From Camelus dromedarius (lineage: Eukaryota), in the NCBI RefSeq assembly GCF_036321535.1, contig NC_087436.1, positions 52,516,001 through 52,580,000 of the forward strand: DNA of 64,000 nt, in the 5' to 3' direction. The position numbers and the translations under genes were made by a program. Shown piece by piece: positions 26,146 to 37,429 of this stretch; within the stretch, counting starts at the first letter, position 1, and every line of letters starts with the position of its first letter. The notes beneath the pieces were generated by a model, which saw only the letters and a list, made by a program, of their open reading frames with translations, was not told the DNA's origin and made no database searches.

Positions 26146-29100
26146 TAGATTTCCTATTTCTTCCTGACTCAGTTTTGGTAGTTGATGCATTTGGGGTGTT
26201 AAAGTACTCTACTATTGTGTTGCTGTCAGTTTCTCCTTTACATTTGATAATATTTGCTTTATATATTTTGGTGCTCCTATATTGAGTGCATATATATTTA
26301 CAATTATTTTATCTTTTTGTGGATTGATCCCTTAATCATTATGTAAAGTCTTTCTTCATCTTTTGCTATGGTCTTTGTCTGTTACGAGTATTGCTACACC
26401 AGCTTTCTTTTCATTTGCATTTACATTAAATACTTTTTCCGTTCTCTCATTTTCAATCTATATGTGTCTTTAAATCTGAAGTGAATCTCTTGTAGGCAGC
26501 ATAAATGTTGGTCTTATTATTTTTGTTTTTTAATCCAATCAGCCACTCTATGTCTTTTGAGTGGAACATTTAGTTCATTTACATTTAAAGTAATTATTGA
26601 TAGGTGTGTATGTATTTTCATTTTGTTAATTGTTTTCTGGTTCTTTTTTGTTTTTTTTCTTCTTCTTTTGCTCTTTTCCTTATGATTTGATGACAATATT
26701 TGGTGTTTTGTTTGGATTTTTTTTCTTTTGTTTGTTTGTAACTATTATAGATGTTTGGTTTGTGATTACCAGGAAGTTTTTATATAACAACATAAATATA
26801 TATATATGTGTATATATATATATATTTTTTTTTTAATGTTTTTGACATCAACTTTTATATCTTTTTGTTTGTGATTACCAGGAAGTTTTTATATAACAAC
26901 ATAAATATATATATATGTGTATATATATATATTTAATGTTTTTGACATCAACTTTTACATCTTTTTGTTTGGGGTATCCCTTAAATACCTATTGTTGGTA
27001 TAATGATTTTACTACTTTGTCTTTTAACCTTCCTACTAGCTTTATAAGTGGTTGATCTACTTTTCCTGTATGTTTGCCTCTGTCATCTCCTTTCTGAACT
27101 CAAGATCTGGTAGACATAGAGGTCTAGTTTGTTGTTTGTTCTTCCAGAAGAGTTCTCTTCTTCTTTTACTTGGGAGTGGTTCCTTAGCTTCTTCATTTCA
27201 CTTGTATTTCTCTAACTCTATGAATTTAGGAGTAACAGTTACCTACTGTGATCTCGAGGAGCTGTTTGTTCGTGGAAACGTCCCTGAATAGACTGTGTGC
27301 ATCTATTTTGTTGTGAGAGCTGTTTTCAGTCTGAATGCCTGCCACGACTTTCCTCCATGTGTGCTGGCTGCTATCCCCTTGACGGGGGCTGTGACTGGTG
27401 TTGTGACCAGAGCCTGCACTGGAGGTTGCGTGGGGCCTCCTCTTTGCTCTGTGGCTGTCACAGCTCTGTCAGGGGCCAGGTCTGCTCCCCAGCTGTCAGA
27501 GTAGAAGCCCCCAGGTCCGTTTCCGAGTTGGGATCTGTGGTAGGCAGGACTAGAGGGCTTCTGCGGGGAGAGGGGCCGCTGGGTGTTCCCCCACAGGAGC
27601 TGTCCTCCGGGAAGTGCCCTCTGCGGTATCACCTGCCCCCTGTTATGCCGGCTCACAGAGCTGATTAGCAGTCGGGCTTTTGTGATCAGACCACACCCTG
27701 TGGTCTCACAGAAAAGGAGGTTTCTGTGGCAGCATTGCACCCCACCCTTCACGAGAACGCATTAACAATGGGGCCTTTGTGGCAAGCAGTGCCCCGTGGG
27801 TATGCTTGCCTTTACCAAGGAGATTTCTACTTTCATAATTTTCCTATTTCTGGCTGTGGTCTTTTCTACTTCACTTAGAGAAAGAAGTCCCGTCTTGTAG
27901 CACTGGTTTAGTGGTGCTGAACTCTTTGCTTCTGCTTGTCTGTAAAACTACCTCTTCTTCAAATCAGAATGATGGGTTTGCCAGTTAGATTATTCTTGGA
28001 TGTAGATTTTTTTTTTCCTTTCATTACCTTGAATATATCATGTCACTCTCTTCTGGCCTACAAAAATTCTGCTGAAAAGTCAGCTCATAGGCTTATGGGA
28101 GTTCTCTTCTACGTAACTAGTTGCTTTTCTTTTGATGCTTTTAAGATTCTCTCCTTATCTTTAATATTTGCCATTTTAATTATAATGTTTCTTGGTGTAA
28201 ACCTCTTCAAGTTCATCTTGTTTGGGATTCTCTGTACTTCCTGGACCTGAATATATGTTTCCTTTCCCAGGTTAGGGAAGTTTTCAGCTACTATTTCTCC
28301 AAAGGCATTCTCTGCTTCTTTCTCTCTTGCTTCTCCTTCTAGGACACCTATAATGTGAATGTTTGTCTGCTTGATCTTGTCCTAAAGGTCTCTTAAGCTG
28401 TCTTCATTTTTTAAGATTCTTTTTTCCTTTTTGTGTTCAACTTGGGTGATTTTCACTGCTTTGTCTTTCAGCTCTCTGGCCCCTTTCACTGAATCATCTA
28501 ATTTACTGGCGATTCCTTCTAGTGTCTTTTTTATTTCAGTTCTTGTGTTCTTCAGCTCTGTTTGACTCATCTTCTTATTTTCTAACTCTTTGTTAAACTT
28601 CTCACTGTGTTCATTCATTCTTCTTCCAGGTTCATTGAGCATCCTTGTAATTGTTACCTTGAGCTCTTTGTCGTGTATGTTGCTTATCTACATTTTATTT
28701 TGTTCTTCTATGGTTTTGTCTTGTTCCTTCTTTTGGAACACATTCCTTTCTCTCTTCATTTTGCCTAATTCTCTGTTTATTTCTGTGCATTATTTATGTA
28801 GGTTGGTTATGTTTCCCAATCTTTGAGAAGTGGCCTTATATAGGAGACGTGCTGTGGGGCTCAGCGGCACACCCACCTCTGCTCACCAGGGCTGTCATGC
28901 TGTAAGGGTACCCCAGTGTTGACTGTGTAGGCCCCTCTGTTGTGGTGGAGCTGACCACTGTGGGCGCACCGGCAGGCGGAGCTGGCCCCCAGCCGGGTTG
29001 GCTGTCAGGCCCTAACTCGTGTGGTGCCTGCCTGGCCTGCTGGTGGGTAAAGCCAGGTTCCATTATGACTGGTTGTGTGACGCAGAGGGTCCCAGGGCTA

Positions 29101-29893
29101 GTGCCTGCCTGCTGGTCGGCAAGACCAGGTCCAGGTGTGGCTGGCTGTACAACCTGGGGAGTCCCAGGGCTGGTGACAGGCTGTTGGTAGGTGGCATGGG
29201 GTCCCAGAGCAGCTGGCTGCAGAGCTCCAAGGGTCTGGGGGTTGGTTCCTGCCCGATGGTGAGTGGGCAAGCCCTTGACACTTAAAGGCTAGAGGGAGGA
29301 CTCCAAAATTGTGCTTGTCAGCACCAGTGTCCTCGTGGCAGACAAGGCAGAATGAGCTCCCCAAAATGTTTGCTGCCAGCATCAGTGTTCCCAGAGGAAG
29401 GTCCCGTTGCTTCTTGCCTCTCTGTGAGGCTCTCCAAGATCAGCAAGTGGGTCTGACCCAGGCTCCTTTCAAATTACTGCCCCTGTGCTGTGAAATTTTA
29501 CATGTGCCCTCTAAGAGTAGAGTGTGTTTCCTACAGCCTTCTGGCTCTCCCTTGCACAAGCCCAGCTGGCCTTCAAAGCCAGGTGCTCTGGGGGCTCACG
29601 GTTCTGGGAGTGCAGGACCCGCAGGCGGGGGAGCCCGACGTGGAAGTCAGACTTGCTCCCTGGGGAGAACCTCTGGAACTGTGATTATCCTTGGGGCTGG
29701 GGGTCTTGACTGTATTGCATCTCCACCCCTACCGCGCCTGTTGTGGTTCCTTCTTTGTATCTTTAGTTGTGGAAAATCTTTTCTGCTAGTCTTCAGGTAA
29801 TTTTCACAGATAGTTTCTCTGTAAATAGTTGTAATTTTGCTGTACTATGAGCAGAAGTGAGCTCAGGGTCTTCCTACTTCATCATCTTGCCCA
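26146..29893 (-). mobile_element. L1 5' half (5' UTR, ORF1, start of ORF2), interrupted by a nested insertion
   Basis: ORF 28382-28642 (RRMNEHSEKFNKELEN...KNEDSLRDL) is the L1 ORF1 coiled coil. GC-rich 5' UTR at about 28840-29890 ends in a degenerate YY1-like caagatgatg. Endonuclease-region sequence at 26146-26640. Confidence 0.9.
27080..27799 (-). mobile_element. Nested L1 5' UTR and ORF1 N-terminus fragment flanked by a 12-bp direct repeat
   Basis: The minus strand reads GC-rich UTR, then ATGAAGAAGCTAAGGAACCACTCCCAA (MKKLRNHSQ...LPDLEFRKE). Flanks are gtatgtttgcct (27068-27079) and gtatgcttgcct (27800-27811). Confidence 0.75.
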
Positions 29894-32849
29894 CACCTCA
29901 GACTGTATTATCATTTTTTTAAGATTATTTTAAAATCATTATTTTAAAATAGGAAAACTCAGTTTCAGAGAGGTTAAATGACTTAACAAAAAAGCACAAA
30001 ATTCATAATAACAATTTGGAATTTGAAAGCTGGTCCTTTAATTTCAATTTTTTTCCCCAATGAACAAGTTCACAATCACCTATTTCTTAAGCATTCCGTA
30101 TTATTATTTTAGTCTCAATTATTACACTTGGCTATTAAATAGTAAGCCCCTCAGGTATTAATGAGCCTTATATGGCATTTTTTTCTTCCTGCACAAAATA
30201 GTCACAGAATTCTGTAATTTTTGCCTTTTTTACCTTTTTTGGTACATGTTCTTGTTCTTTCCCTGCTTTTAGGCTATACTTTTGGTGAGATTGCCAGCCT
30301 GCTATGAATGGTTATTTCTTTGAAGTTGCTCCTTTAAGTGGAAAACACATACACACACACACACACACCAAATTTGTTAGAATTGTGTTTATAAAAGAGT
30401 AAATAAGTCCAGGTGAAAAGCGATGCTCTTAAGCAGAGCGTAGAAATACTATTAGCACATGAATTTCACAATAACAATAGATCTGCTGTCTACTCTGATG
30501 TTGTTCATCTTGTGTGGACCCGCAAGGTCTAATTTTAGAACTCTCATTATTAAGGCAATTGTTGACTAAAATTGTTTGTAATTAGCAGAGATGTTTCCTC
30601 CTAAGGTCTCCTAAGGTCTCTTGAGAAAGTCCAGAGTGTGCATATAGCAAACAGACATTGAACCCTGCCCGGTTGGAAGCAGTGTGGTGGTGATGTGTGA
30701 GGGTGGACTTCTACCCGCCTCTCCCCATTTCTCTCTCTTACCAGTAAAGACTGTCTGTGAGGCTTCCCCACGGAGCCCTTAGGGCTTTAGTAGCACAGTT
30801 AAAATTTCCTGCAATAAGTCATTATTTTGTTTATCATAAACATATCATATTCATAGTAAAATAAAAACTGTGTATTCTACAACTGGATAACAAACAAAGC
30901 TACTCTTTTTCACTCACCTCCTGAGCTGGGAATAACTTCATTGGTAACTGTGAACTACAGTTTTCAAACGGGGCAGCTCAAATGTTTGAGAAGCTTTTAA
31001 CCTCCCCGTAAGCATTATGCTGATTTTTCATGTGTCGGACCTGATAGGTAAATAAGTAAACAGATCTGAGAAAATAAAGAAGCAACTCCTACCAGGATTT
31101 GCTCTGGCTCCAGGAAACACCATTAAAATAGACTTTAAGGAAGTAGAAAGTCAACATCTATCTGTTAGTGAAGTCTCTAAGAAAGAACAAAGGGATTAAA
31201 AAAGAAAGCCTAAATTACTACATTGCTCTGAATCACCAAATCCCCCAACCCACTTGATTTGGGGTATATAATGCAAAAAGCCACTCTAAGTGCAAGTCTA
31301 AGTTTATTCCTGACCTGGAATCAGTCCCAGGTTCCTATATGAACTTACCTTGGTGAACTGGGCTAGAAGATCGATACATCTGGAGACACCTAGACACCCT
31401 ACTAGACCAGGCATAGCCAGCAAGGAGCTCTCAGTGGTCCTCTCCAGCCTACTTTCCTGGGATTAAACCCAAGTCCTAGATGGTCTTGCAAGGTGTAGGA
31501 AATTGCTAAACACACAATTCCAAGGGGCCCTTAATTCCAACTTTAATCCACCCTCTAAATAATATGGAAACGAAAGGGACATATAAAGTTTACGTAGAAA
31601 TGAAACTTTCTCCTCTTCTTGTCTCCACTGAAAGCTCTGGCCCTACTCCACCTGCATTCCTTCCCCACCACCATTTTGTTCTCTTCAGAATCTTTGGGGA
31701 TCCCATGATAGTCTGGTTTCATTATCTGAGGTCCTCTTCCTTAGGAATGAGTACTGGAGGAGATGCAATCTTACCTTCTCTTTGAATTGTTCAGGCATTT
31801 AGCCTACATTCCTTCACATCTTTATTTTTTCTCTTGGGCTTTGCATTTAAACTTAATTGTATTCTGGGGTATTGCTTTTCACTCCAAGGGAGGCATTTGG
31901 AAGAATCTGAGCAAACCTTAAGAACCTTCTTTTCCAGTCTTTACCACTACTTTGACACATCCCTCTAGGGCCATTGGTTTAGGCTCCTCACAATCTCTCC
32001 ATGGGCTCTTTAATATTATCTCAGAAGTCACTTAAATGAATCCGGATATTAATTAAGTTCATCCCAGATTACCCTCATTGTCATGGGTACAGAATTCCTA
32101 TGAAGCACTGGTCTATAAAATGATCCCTGAAAATGGAGTTACTTGGGCAGTTATTTTAGAAAATACTATCCTCCTAGGGGTTTTATAATGCACAATAACA
32201 TTTTTTTTAATCTCGGTAATCCTAACATAAAGATATCCATTTGACATTTAAAAAGTTTATGCATCTCCAAATAATTTGACTATAAAAACATTTTTTAAAA
32301 ACATAACCAAATAGTGTGCCACAGTACTAGTATTCTGTAGCGTATTTTTTTAGTAAATGTTAACTTTGTCAAAAAGTCACTTACCCCATATTCTATTTCT
32401 GAAAACAAAGTGATCACACAAGAAGCTTTTGCTGTGTGCATTAGATAAAATAATACTGTAAGTCAAATCATAATTTCAAAGGGTAAAGTTGCTTAATCCT
32501 CTTCCCTGCACAATTTAATCCTCTATATACTCTCCCTTTCAAGTCAATCTGTTGTAAATACATCTTAAATTCCTCATATAATTAATATCCACATTTGTTG
32601 CTTACTCCCTAAAATTTAACCTCCCAAAAGATACAAAATGAATCTCACATGGATAATTCCAAGACCAATTACAAAACAGCCCATATTCTTCACACTCATT
32701 CTGCTTGGTTCTAGCCAGTGTTTCTCACTTAAGGCTATGGTTGGAATGAAGATCTCTTCTCTTCACTTATACTCTGGTACTGATACAACTTTCTTAAGCA
32801 TCTCTTGTGTTAGATTCTCCTTATTACAAGTCAAACATGATTTTAAAAT

Positions 32850-33105
32850 TCCTTATATGAGTTTGGGATTAACAGATACACATTACTATATATAAAATAG
32901 ATAAACAACAAGGACCTGCTATATAGCACAGGGAACTATATTCAATTTCTTATAATAACATGACGGAAAAGAATCTGAAAAAAATATATACATATGTATG
33001 TATATGTATAACTGAATCATTTTGCGGTACACTTGAAATTAACATTGTAAATCAACTACACTTCAATAAAAAACAATTTTTTAAAATCAAGAAAATGAAA
33101 AAAGA
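32850..33105 (+). mobile_element. Artiodactyl-type L1 3' UTR end
   Basis: gagtttgggattaacagatacac...aaggacctgctatatagcacagggaactatattcaat...aacattgtaaatcaactacacttcaataaaa, followed by an A-rich tail. Confidence 0.9.
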
Positions 33106-33299
33106 ACATAAATTTCAAAAACACAGGTCCTAAAAGTAAAGCCAATGTTATCTTGATGCTGAAATTGAAATTAGTATTTCTCAAGCAAAATAATGTATGT
33201 CAACCTAATACATGTATTATTACCCAGATTTCCAGTACAATTCACACCTGTAGACTAAAGCAGACACATGGTGTTATCTAGGAGAAAATAGCCGGACAG

Positions 33300-34620
33300 A
33301 AAAACTGAAAGAGAGCAAACCATACGGACTTAAAGAACAGCTTTAAGATTGGTTTCCTTTTTCTCTGAGGTGTCGATCACTTCTTGGCAGGAGTCCAGAA
33401 TCTACTATGTATGAACTCTAAGTGCAGCTGGGAACATTTTTCCAATAAGATGTTAACACAAGACTGTAGTTCTCATATCTTAATAAATGTCCTTCACGCA
33501 TTTTCTTTCCTCCTCAGACTAGGATTTGAAACATTCAGTGTACCAGTGAAATTTGAAAAGCTATGGCTGTGGCAGCATTGGTTGCTACATTTTTCACTCT
33601 ATTCATCTTTTACTCTATTCATCTTTCATTCTATTTTATTTTCATGGTCTGTCATGTCTATTTCTCAATATTTTGATTACTTTCTAAGCATTTTCATCTT
33701 CTGTTGTCTAGTTGACGGTGTATAATTGACAACATGTCCTTAATTGAGCGAGGGCTCTAATTCTACCCTCATTTGTGAAGTATATTCCATAGTAATAATA
33801 GCTAATCCTCTAAGCAAAATCTTTGGCATTGTATCTCCAGATATTCCATCATTCTGCTCTGCTCTTTAGTGTAGTTTTGTAGTCTGGCACTTCCCCACAT
33901 CTTTCTTAGTTATATACCCTTTTTTTCCATCACTAAGACGGTTGAGCCTGCTTTATATTAGAAAATTCTTTAGGCCATCAGGATAGCTTGTATATGGTTT
34001 CCAATTTTAGCTCAAGCAGAAGAATTCTTCTCTGAAGATTTCTAAAGAACTGTTCTGATATTTCTAAGCACATATTCTTGAAGTTCCAGTGAGAAGCAAA
34101 ATCTTTATCCCCACAGGTTCTTTCATCCCCAGATTTTGAGTTTCTGCACCTTTCCCATTTCCATGCTATTACAAACAGCAATTTCTGCTTTCCTGCTGCA
34201 GTAAGACATTTTTTTACTTCCTCAAGTGTTTCCATCTCAATTTAACACTTCAAGATTCCTGTGAAGTTTGTGCCCATTTCCGCTTATTCTTCCTCCTATG
34301 TGGTGTTAATGCTATAGCCTATATTCAAATTTATTCACTTTTTTTAGTACACTGATTCCTAAAGGCTTTTTTGCCTGAAGACATATTTACCCACTGTCTA
34401 TGAGGTCTTCTTCCAAACTGTTGCTTTCTCCAGAATGAATCTCTCAACTGCACTAAGAATTTGCATTGCACTGTAGATGCTTGTTGCCATAGAATGAAAG
34501 CTGATTGGCACTTCTGACAGACACAAGTCATCAGGCTTCCAAACCTCTTCGTGATAGTAATCTATTAAACTGGTTTCCCCCATCTCCAGCCAACATCGTA
34601 TCTAGCTAACACTAAGCATT
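33300..34620 (-). mobile_element. Probable ancient RTE-clade LINE reverse-transcriptase fossil
   Basis: Frameshifted minus-strand peptides occur in RTE order: ATSIYSAMQILSAVERF, KQQFG, KVNKFEY, LEEVKKCLTAAGK, FFRNLQRRIL, EGRIRALAQLR. Confidence 0.5.
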
Positions 34621-35306
34621 TTCCTTACCCTTTTCATACTAACTCAGTGTTTCCCATATTAGACTTTGAAAAGACCAAAGGGCTTTAATCATTTTGTTTT
34701 TATAATATCTGTGCTTAATCTTATTTCAATGTTATTTTTGAAAACTTAGCTTATCTTTGTTGTTAAATTTCCTTTTTTCCCCCAAGAAAATGAACTAAGT
34801 ATAATTTAAAGTTTATTCTATTTATTTCCTGTTGTCTCTTTCCTCTTAGCTATTCCACCTACCTGAAAATTCTCTCCCAGACAGCATGGGAACCATGGTA
34901 CCATCTTCAACTACTACTACTTCCTTACCACCACCCCCTTTCTGAGTAATTAGGTTTTGTATCAGAAAGGCTTGGCTCTCTCCTGTGGGAAAATTATTTA
35001 ACTCTGCTGAGTCATACATAAAATTATGATCATAATTATTACTTACTTCATAGAATTACTGTTATGATCAAATGAAATAACCTATAGCAGGCATGTAGAA
35101 GAGTCTAATGTCCTTCCATTTTTAAAAAATGTAATTAACTGACTCACCAAAAGGCAGACATCAAAACATTGGATTTCTGTATCTTGATCAGAAGACTTTA
35201 AGTGACTAATCTTCAAGTTGTACCTGGATGTTTATATTAATATTAATGAGACTATCTAGTGATTGATTATACTCCTGATAGCTATTCATTCTTTTTACAT
35301 AATTAG

Positions 35307-35417
35307 GAACCACAACCAAAGGTGTCATGACGACTGAAGCCAATATTACAAATACAACAGTGAGAAAATGTCCACTTTCAACTGTTGCTTCAACATTACA
35401 AAGTTCCCACCCCAAGA
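35307..35417 (+). CDS. EMCN: EMCN exon 4 (111 nt, phase 1-1)
   Basis: aattag|GAACCACA...CCCAAGA|gtaagt. Encodes GTTTKGVMTTEANITNTTVRKCPLSTVASTLQSSHPK, including the conserved STLQSS.PK. Confidence 0.9.
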
Positions 35418-35689
35418 GTAAGTATAAGAATTTGTGCTGAAATGTTAAACTGGTATATTGGATAGAACCACACTCAGAACGTTTTCCAACCCACAGCTAC
35501 CAAAGAACCATGCCTCACTTATATTCTTTCCTAGTCTCTACCAAATGGAACACCCATTTGGCATCTTTGCTTTGTACAGTGATACTCTATTCCTCCATAG
35601 CCACAAATGAGTGGATGGCAAAGAGGATCAATCCAAGACTGGGCAGTAATCTATGATATCATCTGGCACAAAAAGGTGACCTTGCTTAA

Positions 35690-36810
35690 AAATTAGACAG
35701 TTTGATGAAATGGGAAAATTCTTAGAAATAAACAAATTGCTAAAACTTATCCAAGAAGACAGGAAAAGACCTAAAACAATTTACGATTCTGTATTAGAAA
35801 TTTAAAATGGTTGCATGAAGAAAACTCTAAGCAAGATGACTTCATGTGTGAATTTTATAAAAATAGTCTCAAAAGAAATAATACCAATTCTTCTCAAACT
35901 CTTTTGGGATGTAGAGAAAACTTTGCACAAATAATTATCTGGGGCCAGTATATACCTTAATTATCTGGGGCCAGTATCTACCTTAAAAGCTAGAAAAGAA
36001 TGAAAAGAAAAACCAAATAAAGAAAACTACAGACCAATATCTTTCATGAATGCAGATGCAAATATCCTTAATAAAATATTAGAAAAAATTAGGCATATGA
36101 AAAGGGATATAAAGCATGAGCAAGAGGGATTTTTTTCCAGGAATGCAAGGTTGGTTTAACATATGAAAATCAAGTAATGTAATACATCATATTAATAGAA
36201 TCAGTAGATGAAGAAAAAGCATTTGACAAAATATAACACCCACCCGTTCTTTAAACTCTCAATGAACTAGAAATAAAATAAAACTTCCTCAAATTGATAA
36301 AGGATATCTATTTAAAAATATACAGCAGATTTCATACTTAATAGTGAAAGATGTAATACTTTTCCCTTAAGATCTGGAAATATGTCCACTCTCATCAGTT
36401 CTATTTAAAATTATAGCCAGAGGTTCTAGACAGTACAATAAAGTAATAGATAGGTAGATGGATGGATAGATAGAGATACAGCCATTCATCCAAATTGGAA
36501 AGGAAGAAATAGAAGTGTTTTTCTCAGCAGACTACATCATTGTCTGTATAGAAAACCTGAAGATTTCACAGTAAACTACTGCAACTAATAAAGAGTATTC
36601 TATATCACAAGATACAAGCTATGCAAAAATAAGTCATATTTCTGTATGTTAGTAATGGCAATCCAAAAATAAAATTAAAGAAATAATTCTATTCATAATA
36701 GCATCAGATAGAGTAAAATATTTGAGAGTAAATTTAACAATAAAAATGCATGATTTGTACACTGAGCTATTCTACACTTCTGTGAGGGAAAAATTAAATA
36801 TCTAAACAGA
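35690..36810 (+). mobile_element. Old L1 ORF2 (RT region) fragment
   Basis: aaagaaaactacagaccaatatctttcatgaatgcagatgcaaatatcct ([12 protein letters not shown]), ccaggaatgcaaggttggtttaac (PGMQGWFN), aaaagcatttgacaaaat (KAFDKI), gcagactacatcatt (ADD-like). Confidence 0.9.
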
Positions 36811-37050
36811 AATTTCTGAGTTGGTGAATATATGGTGATTTGAGTAGAGTGGTGTACCAGGAGAGGGCGTGAGAGCTCTATGTCTTTTCTCCATACCTTG
36901 CCCAGTGCATCTCTTCTATCTGGCTGTTCCTGAGTTATATCCTTTTACAATAAACAAGTGATCTAATAAGGTAAGTGAGATTGAATTATCAGGAAAGATT
37001 TGTCCCCATCAGTAGGGCTGGTGAGTACTAGAAGTAACAACTTGGCATGT
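36811..37050 (+). mobile_element. MER21-like LTR fragment
   Basis: ggagagggcgtgagagctct...cataccttgccc.gtgcatctcttc.atctggctgttcctgagttatatcctttta.aataaac. Confidence 0.7.
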
Positions 37051-37429
37051 CTGACTCCTCACCCTGTTTTCTTTATTGCACACTGCCACCTCCCAGGGCT
37101 TTTTGTCCTAGGTCAGATAGTCACATGAGCATAACTGAACTGAGTAAGACTCATCAGTGGTACGTGGTACATCATCTGGAGGGCTCTGGTGGGTGTCTAG
37201 GACCTCAGGAAGGACACTGGTCACCGGGTTAGGTTTCAGGCAAGAGGAGCCAAAGAACTATGGAACCCTCAAGGCCAAAGCAGAGCTGAGCCCCTTCTGA
37301 TCACATGCTCTGGACTTTCACAATGTGGAGCCTGGCAGCAGAGCACATCTGGGAGATGTGGTGAGTGTGAGTCATCATGCCAGATGTGGCAGAGCAGTGA
37401 GGAGAAGGCAATTTGTGCCCTTTTAATGT

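Noticed and set aside
27295..29800. Cluster of GC-rich ORFs
   Set aside because: They lie in L1 5' UTR sequence and are not independent genes.
33978..34583. Processed pseudogene of a cellular gene
   Set aside because: No cellular protein recognised and no poly(A) or TSD; motif order fits a LINE RT better, though this is unconfirmed.
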